From the NCBI GenBank assembly GCA_965198175.1, contig OZ240245.1, positions 4,032,001-4,096,000 on the forward strand: a DNA stretch of 64,000 nucleotides. The letters run 5' to 3'. Shown here piece after piece: positions 10,608 through 19,955 of the stretch; within the stretch, counting starts at the first letter, position 1; every line of letters starts with the position of its first letter. The notes below the pieces were generated by a model, which did no database searches, had not been told where the DNA came from, and saw only the letters and a list, made by a program, of their open reading frames with translations. Origin of the DNA: Candidatus Poribacteria bacterium (GTDB lineage Bacteria > Poribacteria > WGA-4E > PCPOR2b). The position numbers and the translations under genes were made by a program.

Positions 10608-10790
10608 GACTCCTTAACTTACTTCTATCCTTGTGCTCAATGTGTTCAACACCACCTTAATGCCACGCTTCAGAAAATCAGGTGACGCCGTAAGCGGTGC
10701 AGGATTTAAAACAGAATATATTCTATGGTAGGTTACGAATAGAAGGCGTGTGCAAACCACTGAGATTGGGTAAGGGTACCATTATAAAAT

Positions 10791-10847
10791 GGGCATGGTC
10801 ACGAGTTGTCAGGCGTGAATTCACACCTGACGAATGATGACAAGCCC
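10791..10847. repeat. Long imperfect hairpin downstream of tmRNA 3' end
   Basis: Core GTCAGGCGTGAATTCACACCTGAC palindrome with outer GGGC..GTCA/TGAC..GCCC arms. Confidence 0.55.
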
Positions 10848-10876
10848 CAACCGAACCCGCAAACTAAAAAACGTGA

Positions 10877-11229
10877 TGGAGGTGGCGGGAATCGAACCCG
10901 CGTCCGGATGCATTTCAACAAAGGCTACTACATGCTTAGCATAAGTATTGGTATTTCGCTGCAGCGACTCCCTTATGCCGGATTCACGTTAGCTATCCCC
11001 AGTAAGTCTCGCGGGTTGCCCCTGAAGAACAGACAAATCGCAGAGCCCGTATCTCGACGCTCGGCTAACCCGACGGGCCGCAGGCAAACCGAACGTAGCC
11101 GCTTTAAGCGGCTAGAGCCAATTCTTCGTAATCGGCAGTTGTGTTTGTTCCGCCTGTTTAACGAGGCCTGCGGAGACCTCGGCATGCAACCTGTGTCTCA
11201 TCTACTTCCGTCGAAACCTTTTCACCCCC
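10877..11229 (-). ncRNA. ssrA: tmRNA; tag ORF 11136-11104 encodes (A)ADYEELALAA*
   Basis: 5' GGGGGUGAAAAGGUUUCGAC; 3' GGACGCGGGUUCGAUUCCCGCCACCUCCA; tag ending LALAA-stop; adjacent to smpB. Confidence 0.97.
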
Positions 11230-11277
11230 TGAACAGTGAGCAAGAGCTCTGCGGTCAAGACCTATCTTGCCCTATTA

Positions 11278-11748
11278 TCATACCGAATATCGTTGTTTGT
11301 ACAATTGGATTGCGCGTCTATCCGCATCCTTTTTGAGATCTTCTCGCTTGTCGTAAGCTTGTTTGCCGCGTGCCACCGCGATTTCGACTTTTACCACCCC
11401 GCTGCTAAAGTAGGCTTTGGTCGGCACAATTGTCATCCCGGAAGAATACGTTTTGTCGGCGATTTTCTTAATTTCTCTGCGATGCAACAGCAACTTGCGT
11501 GCTCGTTTCGGATCGTGGTTTTCACGGTTCCCATGCGCGTAAGCTGCAATGTGTGCATCGAGTAAAAACGTCTCGCCGCCTTGGATGCGTACATAACTAT
11601 CTGTCAGACTAAAGTTGCCATCGCGGATGGATTTGACCTCTGTACCTTGCAACACGATTCCCGCTTCAAAACAATCCTGCAAGTGATACTCGTGACGTGC
11701 TTTTCGGTTAACAGTAATGGTCTTGATTGGCGCAGCCACATTCATCAC
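11278..11748 (-). CDS. smpB: SsrA-binding protein
   Basis: NRKARHEY, EAGIVLQGTEVKSIR, RKLLLHRREI, ARGKQAYDKR. Confidence 0.97.
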   Translation of the reverse strand: MMNVAAPIKTITVNRKARHEYHLQDCFEAGIVLQGTEVKSIRDGNFSLTDSYVRIQGGETFLLDAHIAAYAHGNRENHDPKRARKLLLHRREIKKIADKTYSSGMTIVPTKAYFSSGVVKVEIAVARGKQAYDKREDLKKDADRRAIQLYKQRYSV

Positions 11749-11756
11749 CCGGTTGA

Positions 11757-11785
11757 ATTATAGCACAAACAGGACGATGACGCAA
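11757..11785 (-). promoter_or_regulatory. sigma70 promoter of smpB
   Basis: TTGCGT-N17-TATAAT with TG extension. Confidence 0.7.
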
Positions 11786-11948
11786 GGAAAAGAAAGTTGA
11801 GTGTCGGGATTCGCTATCGTGTAACCCAACCTACACCGGTGGACGTCTCTCGTTCAGATTTTCATTAGTCAGAGGGAGAATCTTTTTTGATGTTACTCCA
11901 TTCGGGCAACTATTAGCAAGTAGAAAGTACTAATTTATCTGATTCTCT

Positions 11949-13244
11949 TTATTCCTGCATCAATAGGTTGTCGCCGGCATCAATGAATCCCCATTTCCCA
12001 TTCAACTTAATCGCTGCTAACCCTTCTGAAAAGTCGCGGGCCATATGATATTTAGGTTTTATGATATATTTACGCGTTTTATCAATATATCCCCATTTTC
12101 CGATACTGCCGCCCGCTAGCTCTGCCCAAGCGGAAATGGGTTTACCAACATTTACTTTTGCTAATCCCTCTGAAAAATCTCCAGCACCGTTGAATTGGGG
12201 CTTGATAGTTAACTTTCCCGTTTTATCAATGTATCCGTATTTATCAATGACTTTAGCCCATGCTAATCCCTCTGAGAAACTGCCAGCATCATTAAATTGA
12301 GGGGCAATCACAATTACCCCTTTTTGGTTAACAAAAACATGCTTCAGGTCCCCATCCCAGAACGCATCACCTTCCACGTCCCACATAGTGCAATGAGCCA
12401 GTCCCTCTGAAAAGTAGCTCACCAAATTGAACCGTGGTTCAACGGCTATATTTCCAGATCTGTCAATGTATCCCCATAGTGTTGGTTTGCCCACCTCGGC
12501 GACGGGAGCGATTGGTGCAAATCCTTCCCGAAAATTCCTTGCGTGATGAAACACAGCTTCAATTACAATACTACCAGCCTTGTCAATATAACCGTATATC
12601 GGATAGCCATCCTTTCCCATTCGTTGCACCGGCGCAACCCCTTCCGAAAATGATGGAGCGAACGATGACGGAAATTTACGAACTTCAGAAAGCTCGGATT
12701 CGTCAAGCCTCTTCAGATATTTTTCAGCATATAGAGGAAACTCAAGACTATCTAACCGGATAACCATTTTACCTTGTTGATTGATATAAAGGGGTTTGCC
12801 ATTTTTTGAGACCCAAGCTAGTCCATCTGAAAACGGTTTCGCCGAATCGAATTGAGGATCGATCGCTATCCGTCCTTGTTTATTGATATACCCATACTTT
12901 CCGTTAAGAACAACAACAGCTAACCCTTCCGAAAATGAAAAAGGATTTCCCATGAGTTCCAAGAACTCCAAGTATGCTTTAGTATATGGTAATCCATCGT
13001 CAGTGTGCGGTAATTCAAACTGAGGACGAATCACTATCCTGCCTGTCGTGTCTAAGTATCCATATTTGTTACCAACAACGACAAAGGCTAACCCTTCGGA
13101 AAATGAGCCAGCGCCATCGAACCACAAACCACAGCCTGGATTAGATTCTGCGTAGAGCAAGGTTGGAAGCACGAGCAATATGCATAATTTTGATAGATGT
13201 TGAATGCAGTCATGCATCCGATCTGACACAGAATAGAAACTCAA
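11949..13244 (-). CDS. WG-repeat (KWG Leptospira-type) exported protein
   Basis: About 8 repeats of FSEGLA..KYGYIDKTG..I.PQF; signal-like N-terminus; true start probably downstream of 13244. Confidence 0.88.
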   Translation of the reverse strand: MSFYSVSDRMHDCIQHLSKLCILLVLPTLLYAESNPGCGLWFDGAGSFSEGLAFVVVGNKYGYLDTTGRIVIRPQFELPHTDDGLPYTKAYLEFLELMGNPFSFSEGLAVVVLNGKYGYINKQGRIAIDPQFDSAKPFSDGLAWVSKNGKPLYINQQGKMVIRLDSLEFPLYAEKYLKRLDESELSEVRKFPSSFAPSFSEGVAPVQRMGKDGYPIYGYIDKAGSIVIEAVFHHARNFREGFAPIAPVAEVGKPTLWGYIDRSGNIAVEPRFNLVSYFSEGLAHCTMWDVEGDAFWDGDLKHVFVNQKGVIVIAPQFNDAGSFSEGLAWAKVIDKYGYIDKTGKLTIKPQFNGAGDFSEGLAKVNVGKPISAWAELAGGSIGKWGYIDKTRKYIIKPKYHMARDFSEGLAAIKLNGKWGFIDAGDNLLMQE

Positions 13245-13617
13245 GATTTTCCTCCTAAGCGGATTTTGTAGACATGAGATTCAATGGGTGGGGTTACAAT
13301 GAAGTGCGGATTTAACAATCAACGTCATTACAAGCATTAGTAGTAGTAAGTAAGTTGGGTTGAACGGTAAAAAGCGAATCCATTCCCAGGGAAATGAAAG
13401 TGCAGTTTTCCAACGATGGTCTTGTACATGAAAAGAGCGGAACTCAACATACATTGCCAAGATGTAGATTGTTTCAGCGCGTGTGAACATTCACCTTCAG
13501 TCCAACCGGAAATTCGCAGATTGATAATCACTCATTATATTTGGGCAGAGGAAAGTCGTCTTTGGCCTATAATGTCAGATCATTATTGAAGGGATTCCGC
13601 TAACTACAACAAACTGT

Positions 13618-14676
13618 TTATAGCCAACGCGTCATCGGTGTTAATTCAAATGGGTCGATTCTGTTTTCTGATTCACGAATAGACTCAGCTTCATCAGGCT
13701 GCTCGACGAGATATGCCTCTAGCGATTCCTCAATATCAGCGTTCTTAGCTTTCAAAATTGTTTCATGCCAGTCCCGCAACAATGGAGTATAACCAGGGAT
13801 TCCAACTCGTTGTTCTAACTTAAATTGATTCCGCCGCATAGCAAGTAAGTAAAGATTCACATCTTCTGTTGTATTTACTTGTTCGGAATACTTTTTGAGA
13901 GTTACGATCTGACGCTCTAAGGAGACGCTTGCTACGATGCTTTCTTGATTCTCCTTCAAGAGTTCTTCAAGCGCTTCAAGCTCATGAGTTCGCTTGGCAG
14001 GTATTGTCCTCCACAGATGATTGCGTTCCATGTCCGAACCTAAATTAGTTGAATGAACAGAGTTTTCTGCAATAGAAGCAAAACCTCCACGTTCACCAAT
14101 ACCCAAGTGTACGCGAGTATCCCAATTTTCATCGGCAAGGCGCAATTCTTGATTCCCTAAATGGACACGCTCTATATTCTCTCGATCGTAGATTGATAAT
14201 CCATCTTTCGGCGTCAATGAAAGCCGCTTTTCACCCATCTCGGCGTCAAAAAATGTCAGACCATGAGCATTTAACGTGACGCGCGGCTCATCTGTGTTGC
14301 TATCATAAATAGTTAATCCGTGTCGTCCTAGGTGTAGATAAATCTTCGGAATCATATTCTTATCGTATTCGAGAAATCTTAAGCCCGGCAATGTTCCCAA
14401 GTCATCTAACTCCCAATTGTTAATATCGCCCTTTTGCTTGTAGCGAAAAATGTACCATAAGACAATTAAACATACAGCTTCAAAAACTATGAGAATCGCT
14501 AGCCCCTTTCGGACAATTGTAGGAAGAAGCGTATCGTCAAATAATAGCACTCCTATCGAAAGGTACATTAAGATTTGCAATAAGGTTGGCATCCATAGGA
14601 ATGTCTTACGAAGCGCTTTCTTTCCTTGAGCGTCCCCCAATTTTCCACCTGATAAATTACCATCTGATGGTTTCAA
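13618..14676 (-). CDS. Hypothetical membrane-anchored protein
   Basis: 352-aa ORF, two TM helices, repeated GL(T/S)xYD..RVxL beta motifs; AGGAGG RBS. Confidence 0.65.
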   Translation of the reverse strand: MKPSDGNLSGGKLGDAQGKKALRKTFLWMPTLLQILMYLSIGVLLFDDTLLPTIVRKGLAILIVFEAVCLIVLWYIFRYKQKGDINNWELDDLGTLPGLRFLEYDKNMIPKIYLHLGRHGLTIYDSNTDEPRVTLNAHGLTFFDAEMGEKRLSLTPKDGLSIYDRENIERVHLGNQELRLADENWDTRVHLGIGERGGFASIAENSVHSTNLGSDMERNHLWRTIPAKRTHELEALEELLKENQESIVASVSLERQIVTLKKYSEQVNTTEDVNLYLLAMRRNQFKLEQRVGIPGYTPLLRDWHETILKAKNADIEESLEAYLVEQPDEAESIRESENRIDPFELTPMTRWL

Positions 14677-14890
14677 TTTGACCTCCTAGTTGAAGTGAAC
14701 GCCACAGACATGGTTTTGGCGCAGGTTTAGGGATTCGTATCAATATTTGAGACACAACTCACGTCAAGCCTGTGAGCAATAAGTATTTCCGCACGTACGG
14801 GAACAATACCCTACAAACGGGCAGACCCGCAAGAGGAGAACATACAACCTATCCTGACACAGTTGAACCGAATTGTCGCTGGGGCTTAAA

Positions 14891-15176
14891 ATTATCCATG
14901 AAGACTTGCGCGGCGATTGGCAGTTTTTAGATCGTCGATACTTTGCAGACTGGTTTTGGCGCCGATCAGAACGGCGTCCAGTTCGGTCGTTTCGTTCCAT
15001 CTCAGCGCTTTCAAGACTTCCGACGCGGCTTTTAGTCTGACTTCTTCATCTTCGCTATTGAGCAGCACTCAATCGCTGCGAAGGCTATCTCTACAATTTC
15101 AGCGAATCTTTTCGACTGCGATTGTTTTAGTTCGGCTAATTTCTGTCCAATTCGTCTTGAAAATCGTCAGCCTTTA
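14891..15176 (-). pseudogene. Frameshifted remnant of a phage/island small HTH (terminase-small-like) protein
   Basis: Manual translation across two frameshifts: LKADDFQDELDR/LAELKQ..AFAAIE/LLNSEDEEVRLKAASEVLK; 5' part replaced by a MITE. Confidence 0.45.
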
Positions 15177-15336
15177 GGACTTTCGCAGTTAATTACCTTT
15201 CCCCTTGACAAGGGGGAATTGGGGGGTTGCCCTTCTGCTTATGTAGGAGGGACATCCCTGTCCCGACCTTCGGGGCTAGGAAGCCCCTCCTACAGATATT
15301 GCCATCCCTTTGGGTGTTCCCACTGCGTAAGTCCTA
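15175..15336. mobile_element. MITE-like element with nested palindromic repeats
   Basis: Terminal IR TAGGACTTTCGCAGT / ACTGCGTAAGTCCTA (14/15); internal CCCCTTGACAAGGGG hairpin and GTAG-type REP doublet 15243-15293. Confidence 0.7.
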
Positions 15337-15354
15337 TCGTTTTATTTTTGCTCG

Positions 15355-15384
15355 ATTTGACAAAATTTGACAGAATTTGACAAA
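15355..15384. repeat. 3x 10-bp tandem repeat ATTTGACA(A/G)A
   Basis: ATTTGACAAA ATTTGACAGA ATTTGACAAA. Confidence 0.9.
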
Positions 15385-15508
15385 ATAAAAAAATGTTCAA
15401 GCTCTTTGCCAACGAAACAGATTCAAAAGTGCAAACTTCGATTTTCACGATAAAGATAGAACAGAAAACCGAGCGAGAAGGACTGTCTTGTAAAGTTTAT
15501 ATATGTTA

Positions 15509-15537
15509 AGTATATCACGCTGATATAGGGCTGTCAA
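15509..15537 (-). promoter_or_regulatory. sigma70 promoter with overlapping palindromic operator
   Basis: TTGACA-N17-TATACT; perfect TATATCA-N3-TGATATA at 15511-15527. Confidence 0.65.
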
Positions 15538-15626
15538 GAGTATTTTTGTTTTATTTCATCCACTTTGGTTGGTTGGTTGAAATGCGTCTTTGGATTATTG
15601 CTAGTAGGGTAGGGTTGGAATTGAGT

Positions 15627-17426
15627 TTAGGCGATTTCTTGGCCCTTGTATTGAAGTTGATAGAGCCGATAATAGATGCCTTTACGTTCAAGTAACTCGT
15701 TGTGGGTGCCGATCTCGCGGATTTTGCCCCGGTGCATAACGAGGATTTTATCCGAATTCTGAATCGTTGACAGTCGATGGGCAATTACGATTGAGGTACG
15801 ATTCGCCATTAGACGTTTGAGCCCATCTTGGATCAAGAGTTCGGTCTCCGTGTCCACGCTTGATGTAGCTTCGTCGAGGATGAGAATGTCGGGATCGAAA
15901 ACCAAGGCGCGGGCAAAGGCGACGAGTTGTTTTTGACCGACAGAGAGTGCGCTTCCACCTTCTTTGACCTCAGTCGCATATCCGTCCGGCATTTTCTGAA
16001 CGAATGGATCCAGACGCACCTCCTTCGCTGCAGTAATCGCCTGATTCGGCGTAATGTCGTCCGCGCCCAGGCGGAGGTTATTGTCAATCGACCCTGAAAA
16101 CAGAAAGATGTTTTGTTGAACGATACTGATGGCGCGGCGCAAGTCATCTAGTTTCACCTCCCGGATATCTACCCCATCAATCAGAATCCGCCCACAGTTG
16201 ATCTCGTAGAAGCGACACAGGAGGTTGATAATCGAGGTCTTGCCTGCGCCGGTTTGACCGACGATTGCAACTTTTTCACCGGGATTGACTTTGAAGGAGA
16301 CATCGCGAAGGACGTAGTTTTCATCATTATAAGCGAACCAGACACTTTGAAATTCAATTTCGCCTTTCATCGCCCCAATCTCACTCGGCTCATCCACATC
16401 CGCAATTGAGGGCTGCATATCCAAGAGGTCGAAGATTCTTTCGGACGACGCCATCGCGGATTGAAAGATTGTATACTGTTCGCTTAACTCACGGATGGGC
16501 CAGAACAAGCGTTGACCGAATTGAATGAAGGCGACCAATACGCCAAATGTCAGCATACCCTTTAGAATCTGCACCCCTCCATACCAGACGATGATCGCTG
16601 TGACAAGCGAGCCGGCGACCTCAATCAACGGGAAGAAAATCGAGAAATAGAAAACACTTCGGAGTCCCGCTTGCAGGTAAGCCTGATTCCGTTCGTCAAA
16701 TTTTAAGAAACTGCGTCTTTCTTGGGTGAACAACTGGACTGTCGTCATACCAACGATATTTTCCTGCAGAAAGGCGTTGATTCGTGCGAGATGTTTTCGC
16801 TGGTCACGAAACGCGCGGCGGGAATAGATTTGATAAACTGTTGTCGCGGCAAAGATAATCGGGAACACTACGAAAGTAGCTAGGGCAAGTTTCCAGTTCA
16901 AAGACAGCATTATCACCATAATGCCGACGATTTTAATAAGATTGGCGAAGACTGTGATAACCCCTGACGTGAATAGCTCATTGAGTACTTGGACGTCGCC
17001 CATCACGCGGGTCATGAGGCGTCCAACGGGGTTGCGGTCAAAGAAGGCTACGTCCAACTTCTGTAGATGCGAAAAAATTGCCATACGCATATCATACATA
17101 ACCCGCTGCCCTAACATCTGCACCCGGTATTCTTCAAAATAGCTGAAGACAAAGTCCGCCAGCATGGCAAGAATCATATAAAGCGCAAGCCTGCTCAAAC
17201 CGTCCAGCACCCCCGGTTTAATGTAATTGTCAATTGCATTCTGCATGAGCAAGGGACCCACCAATTGCGCGCATGTACTTCCGAGGCTTAGGAACAAGAT
17301 GAACGCGACTTGAAGCCTGTACGGTTTCAGGTAGGCGTCGAGTCGCTTCATCAATACGTGATCATAGATTTTACCGAGGTCGTCTTCTTCTCTGCTGTAT
17401 TCGTGTAGACTCCCGTTCCCAAACAC
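15627..17426 (-). CDS. ABC exporter, fused permease/ATPase (MdlB/MsbA-like)
   Basis: 6-TM domain, GQTGAGKTS, LSVGQKQ, ILILDEATSSVD. Confidence 0.93.
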   Translation of the reverse strand: MFGNGSLHEYSREEDDLGKIYDHVLMKRLDAYLKPYRLQVAFILFLSLGSTCAQLVGPLLMQNAIDNYIKPGVLDGLSRLALYMILAMLADFVFSYFEEYRVQMLGQRVMYDMRMAIFSHLQKLDVAFFDRNPVGRLMTRVMGDVQVLNELFTSGVITVFANLIKIVGIMVIMLSLNWKLALATFVVFPIIFAATTVYQIYSRRAFRDQRKHLARINAFLQENIVGMTTVQLFTQERRSFLKFDERNQAYLQAGLRSVFYFSIFFPLIEVAGSLVTAIIVWYGGVQILKGMLTFGVLVAFIQFGQRLFWPIRELSEQYTIFQSAMASSERIFDLLDMQPSIADVDEPSEIGAMKGEIEFQSVWFAYNDENYVLRDVSFKVNPGEKVAIVGQTGAGKTSIINLLCRFYEINCGRILIDGVDIREVKLDDLRRAISIVQQNIFLFSGSIDNNLRLGADDITPNQAITAAKEVRLDPFVQKMPDGYATEVKEGGSALSVGQKQLVAFARALVFDPDILILDEATSSVDTETELLIQDGLKRLMANRTSIVIAHRLSTIQNSDKILVMHRGKIREIGTHNELLERKGIYYRLYQLQYKGQEIA

Positions 17427-17439
17427 AGGTTAAGCCTCC

Positions 17440-18258
17440 TCATTGTATTGACGATTGGTCTTTTGCACGCTCAAGGAAATAGAAGTGATTTGTTGGACCA
17501 TGCCCATGCCCAATATCAAGCGAATACCGGATGGCGTTTGTGATATAATCCTTCGCAGTCTGTATCGCCGTAATCAGATCTTTGCCCTGTCCGAGCTGGG
17601 TTGCAATGGCGGCGGAATACGTGCATCCTGTGCCATGCGTATTTTTTGTATTAACTCGCTCGGCTTCAAAAAGGGTAAACACGCCGTCGGCAAACAAGAC
17701 ATCCGTCGCTCGATCTTCTGCAAGGTGTCCGCCTTTTACCAGCACGCTCTGACAACCGTAACCGAGAATAACCTTCGCGGCACGCTTTGCATCGTCTATC
17801 GTGTTAATTTCACAATTTGCAAGCAGTTCAGCTTCATGGACGTTAGGTGTAATCACCGTCGCCAGCGGAATTAGCTTGCAGTATAAGCTCTCGGTCGCTT
17901 CGGGCTTAAGGAGGGGAAACTTGCTCTTCGAAAGCATGACAGGATCAATGACGAAATTTTCGGGCGTATAACGATACAATTCCTTGGCGACCATTTGCAC
18001 AATTGCCGGTGAAGACAACATCCCGGTTTTTAGCGCTGCTACGTCGAAATCTGAAAAGATGGCATCCAACTGCGCTTCGATTATATCAGTCGGCAGATCA
18101 AAGGCGCGGGTCACTTCCTGCGTGTTCTGCGCTGTGACTGAAGTGATGACGGACAGCCCGAAACCGCCATTGGCATGGATGGCTTTAAGATCTGCTTGAA
18201 TGCCCGCGCCCCCGCCTGAATCAGAGCCAGCAATTGTCAAGATTTGTTTCATCGTCAA
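17440..18258 (-). CDS. thiD: Hydroxymethylpyrimidine/phosphomethylpyrimidine kinase
   Basis: LTIAGSDSGGGAGIQADLK, TAQNT, NTHGTGCTYSAA. Confidence 0.95.
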   Translation of the reverse strand: MTMKQILTIAGSDSGGGAGIQADLKAIHANGGFGLSVITSVTAQNTQEVTRAFDLPTDIIEAQLDAIFSDFDVAALKTGMLSSPAIVQMVAKELYRYTPENFVIDPVMLSKSKFPLLKPEATESLYCKLIPLATVITPNVHEAELLANCEINTIDDAKRAAKVILGYGCQSVLVKGGHLAEDRATDVLFADGVFTLFEAERVNTKNTHGTGCTYSAAIATQLGQGKDLITAIQTAKDYITNAIRYSLDIGHGHGPTNHFYFLERAKDQSSIQ

Positions 18259-18896
18259 GAGCCCACTCTATCCTGAACACGACTGAGCTGCTGCAAATAT
18301 GCTTTTGCGTTCTGAATTCCAGTTTCAGCGGACATGACACTGGACATTACCGCAACTCCATACGCCCCAGCATCTATACACTCCAGAACTCGTTCAGGCG
18401 TCACTCCGCCCAATGCGAAAACGGGGATTTTTACGTGCTCTGCAACTTTCTGGAGGTTTTCTAAGCCAACAGCCGGTCCGTATCCAGGTTTACTTGCTGT
18501 CAGGTAGATGGGGCTATACGTTAAAAAATCCGCGCCCTCTAGTTCTCTCGCCCTCGCCTCATCGTGGCTGTGGACCGAACAACCTACGATGAGGCGGCTA
18601 TCCCATTGCTGGATGACTTCCCGAACAGGCGCTGAATCCGCCGGTAAGTGGACGCCATCTGCGCCAAGCTCCGCGGCAATTGCTATGCGCGAGTTAATGA
18701 ACAGTTGAGCGGCATAGGCACGACAAAACTTGACGATGGGTTTCCCCAAGTTGATGAAATCTACATCGCTCAGGTCTCTTTCCCGGAATTGAATTGCAGA
18801 TACTCCCACGTCCAGAAGGTCATGGACAACGTCATACAGTTGCAGCGGCGAGCAGCGCACTCTGTCGGTGATGATGTACAGCTTGAATGGGATCAC
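18255..18896 (-). CDS. thiE: Thiamine phosphate synthase family protein (ThiE/TenI)
   Basis: LYIITD, QFRERD, ADGVHL, GCSVHS, PIYLTASKPG, ALGGV; overlaps thiD; some residues deviate, so could be TenI-like. Confidence 0.75.
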   Translation of the reverse strand: MIPFKLYIITDRVRCSPLQLYDVVHDLLDVGVSAIQFRERDLSDVDFINLGKPIVKFCRAYAAQLFINSRIAIAAELGADGVHLPADSAPVREVIQQWDSRLIVGCSVHSHDEARARELEGADFLTYSPIYLTASKPGYGPAVGLENLQKVAEHVKIPVFALGGVTPERVLECIDAGAYGVAVMSSVMSAETGIQNAKAYLQQLSRVQDRVGS

Positions 18897-18910
18897 TTCT
18901 CAAACCTGCT

Positions 18911-19936
18911 CTAAAGCTGACTCCAATCGAATACAACTCCTAGATAGGTATCCTTCCGTTCGTACAGGCCTAAGTAGGCATCTTGGCACGCTTTGGGCGA
19001 AAGCAGGTGCGTCAACAACGGCTCCGTCTTGAGGTCATCCGATGCAATCCAACCGAGAATTTGCTGATAGTTCCGCGTGATATTGTGCCTTGAAACATCG
19101 GTTTCAGAGATTGAATAAAGCCATTCGAGCGCGCCTATCATCCGAATGCCCTGTAAGTGAATCCGACTCAACATCGGAGTGACATCCATTGAGACGCGCG
19201 CGCGCGGGCTTCCCAGCAGGATGACCTCTCCCTTTCGGCGAGTCATCTGAACTGCCTGCGCAACGAGTTCTGACTTGCCTATGGCTTCAACACAGACATC
19301 TGCGCCGCAGCCATCCGTCCAATCCATCACGGCTTGTTCGGTTTGAGTAGTACCGGGGTTGATTGCGTTCGCAATTCCGCACTGTCTAGCAACCTGTATC
19401 CGAAAGTCTGACAGATCGACTCCCATTACTTCTGCTCCGGCAAGCCTGAAAAGTTGCGCCGCGAAATTTCCCACTAGACCGAGTCCGGTGACGAGCACTT
19501 TGTCCCCCGGTGAAACGGAAGTTGAACGCAACGCCGTAATTGCTACTCCTGCCATTCGTGTGAAAACGGATTTTTTCCCATCAAGCTCGGAAGGCGCTTT
19601 AAGGCAAAACCGCTGTGCGTCCACTTTGACATGGGAGGCATGGTTGGAGAAACTCAAGACGCGATCTCCCACACGAAGGTCACCGCATTTTTCGCCCAAC
19701 GCGATAATCTCCCCGTAGTTACCATACCCCGTTTGCATTGGATAGGTAAAGGGATAATTGCCTAGACCAGGATGTTCTGCCTCTAGACCGGAATAGTGCG
19801 ATCCTTCTGTACCGGCACTGATGATGGAATACACGGTTCTTACGAGAACCTGACCGTTACCAAGCTCCTCATCGAGTTCGAAAGGTTCCAAAACCGCCTG
19901 TAACAGCGCTGTGAACGTTACTCTGTATCCCTGCAT
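18911..19936 (-). CDS. Zinc-binding (MDR) alcohol dehydrogenase family protein
   Basis: SIISAGTE, GYGNYGEI, GLGLVG NAD-binding motif; ATG 19936 has GGAG RBS. Confidence 0.88.
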   Translation of the reverse strand: MQGYRVTFTALLQAVLEPFELDEELGNGQVLVRTVYSIISAGTEGSHYSGLEAEHPGLGNYPFTYPMQTGYGNYGEIIALGEKCGDLRVGDRVLSFSNHASHVKVDAQRFCLKAPSELDGKKSVFTRMAGVAITALRSTSVSPGDKVLVTGLGLVGNFAAQLFRLAGAEVMGVDLSDFRIQVARQCGIANAINPGTTQTEQAVMDWTDGCGADVCVEAIGKSELVAQAVQMTRRKGEVILLGSPRARVSMDVTPMLSRIHLQGIRMIGALEWLYSISETDVSRHNITRNYQQILGWIASDDLKTEPLLTHLLSPKACQDAYLGLYERKDTYLGVVFDWSQL

Positions 19937-19955
19937 GTAAGGCTCCATAGTGGAT

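Noticed and set aside
10877..10910. tRNA gene
   Set aside because: The T-arm and CCA belong to the tmRNA tRNA-like domain
10806..11336. 176-aa ORF and other ORFs over ssrA
   Set aside because: Shadow ORFs of the RNA gene
13281..13531. Short ORFs between the WG-repeat and membrane genes
   Set aside because: No recognisable motif or RBS; may be decayed coding DNA but cannot be supported
18890..19000. TPP riboswitch before thiE/thiD
   Set aside because: Only 14 bp separate thiE from the upstream gene and no CUGAGA-type aptamer was seen
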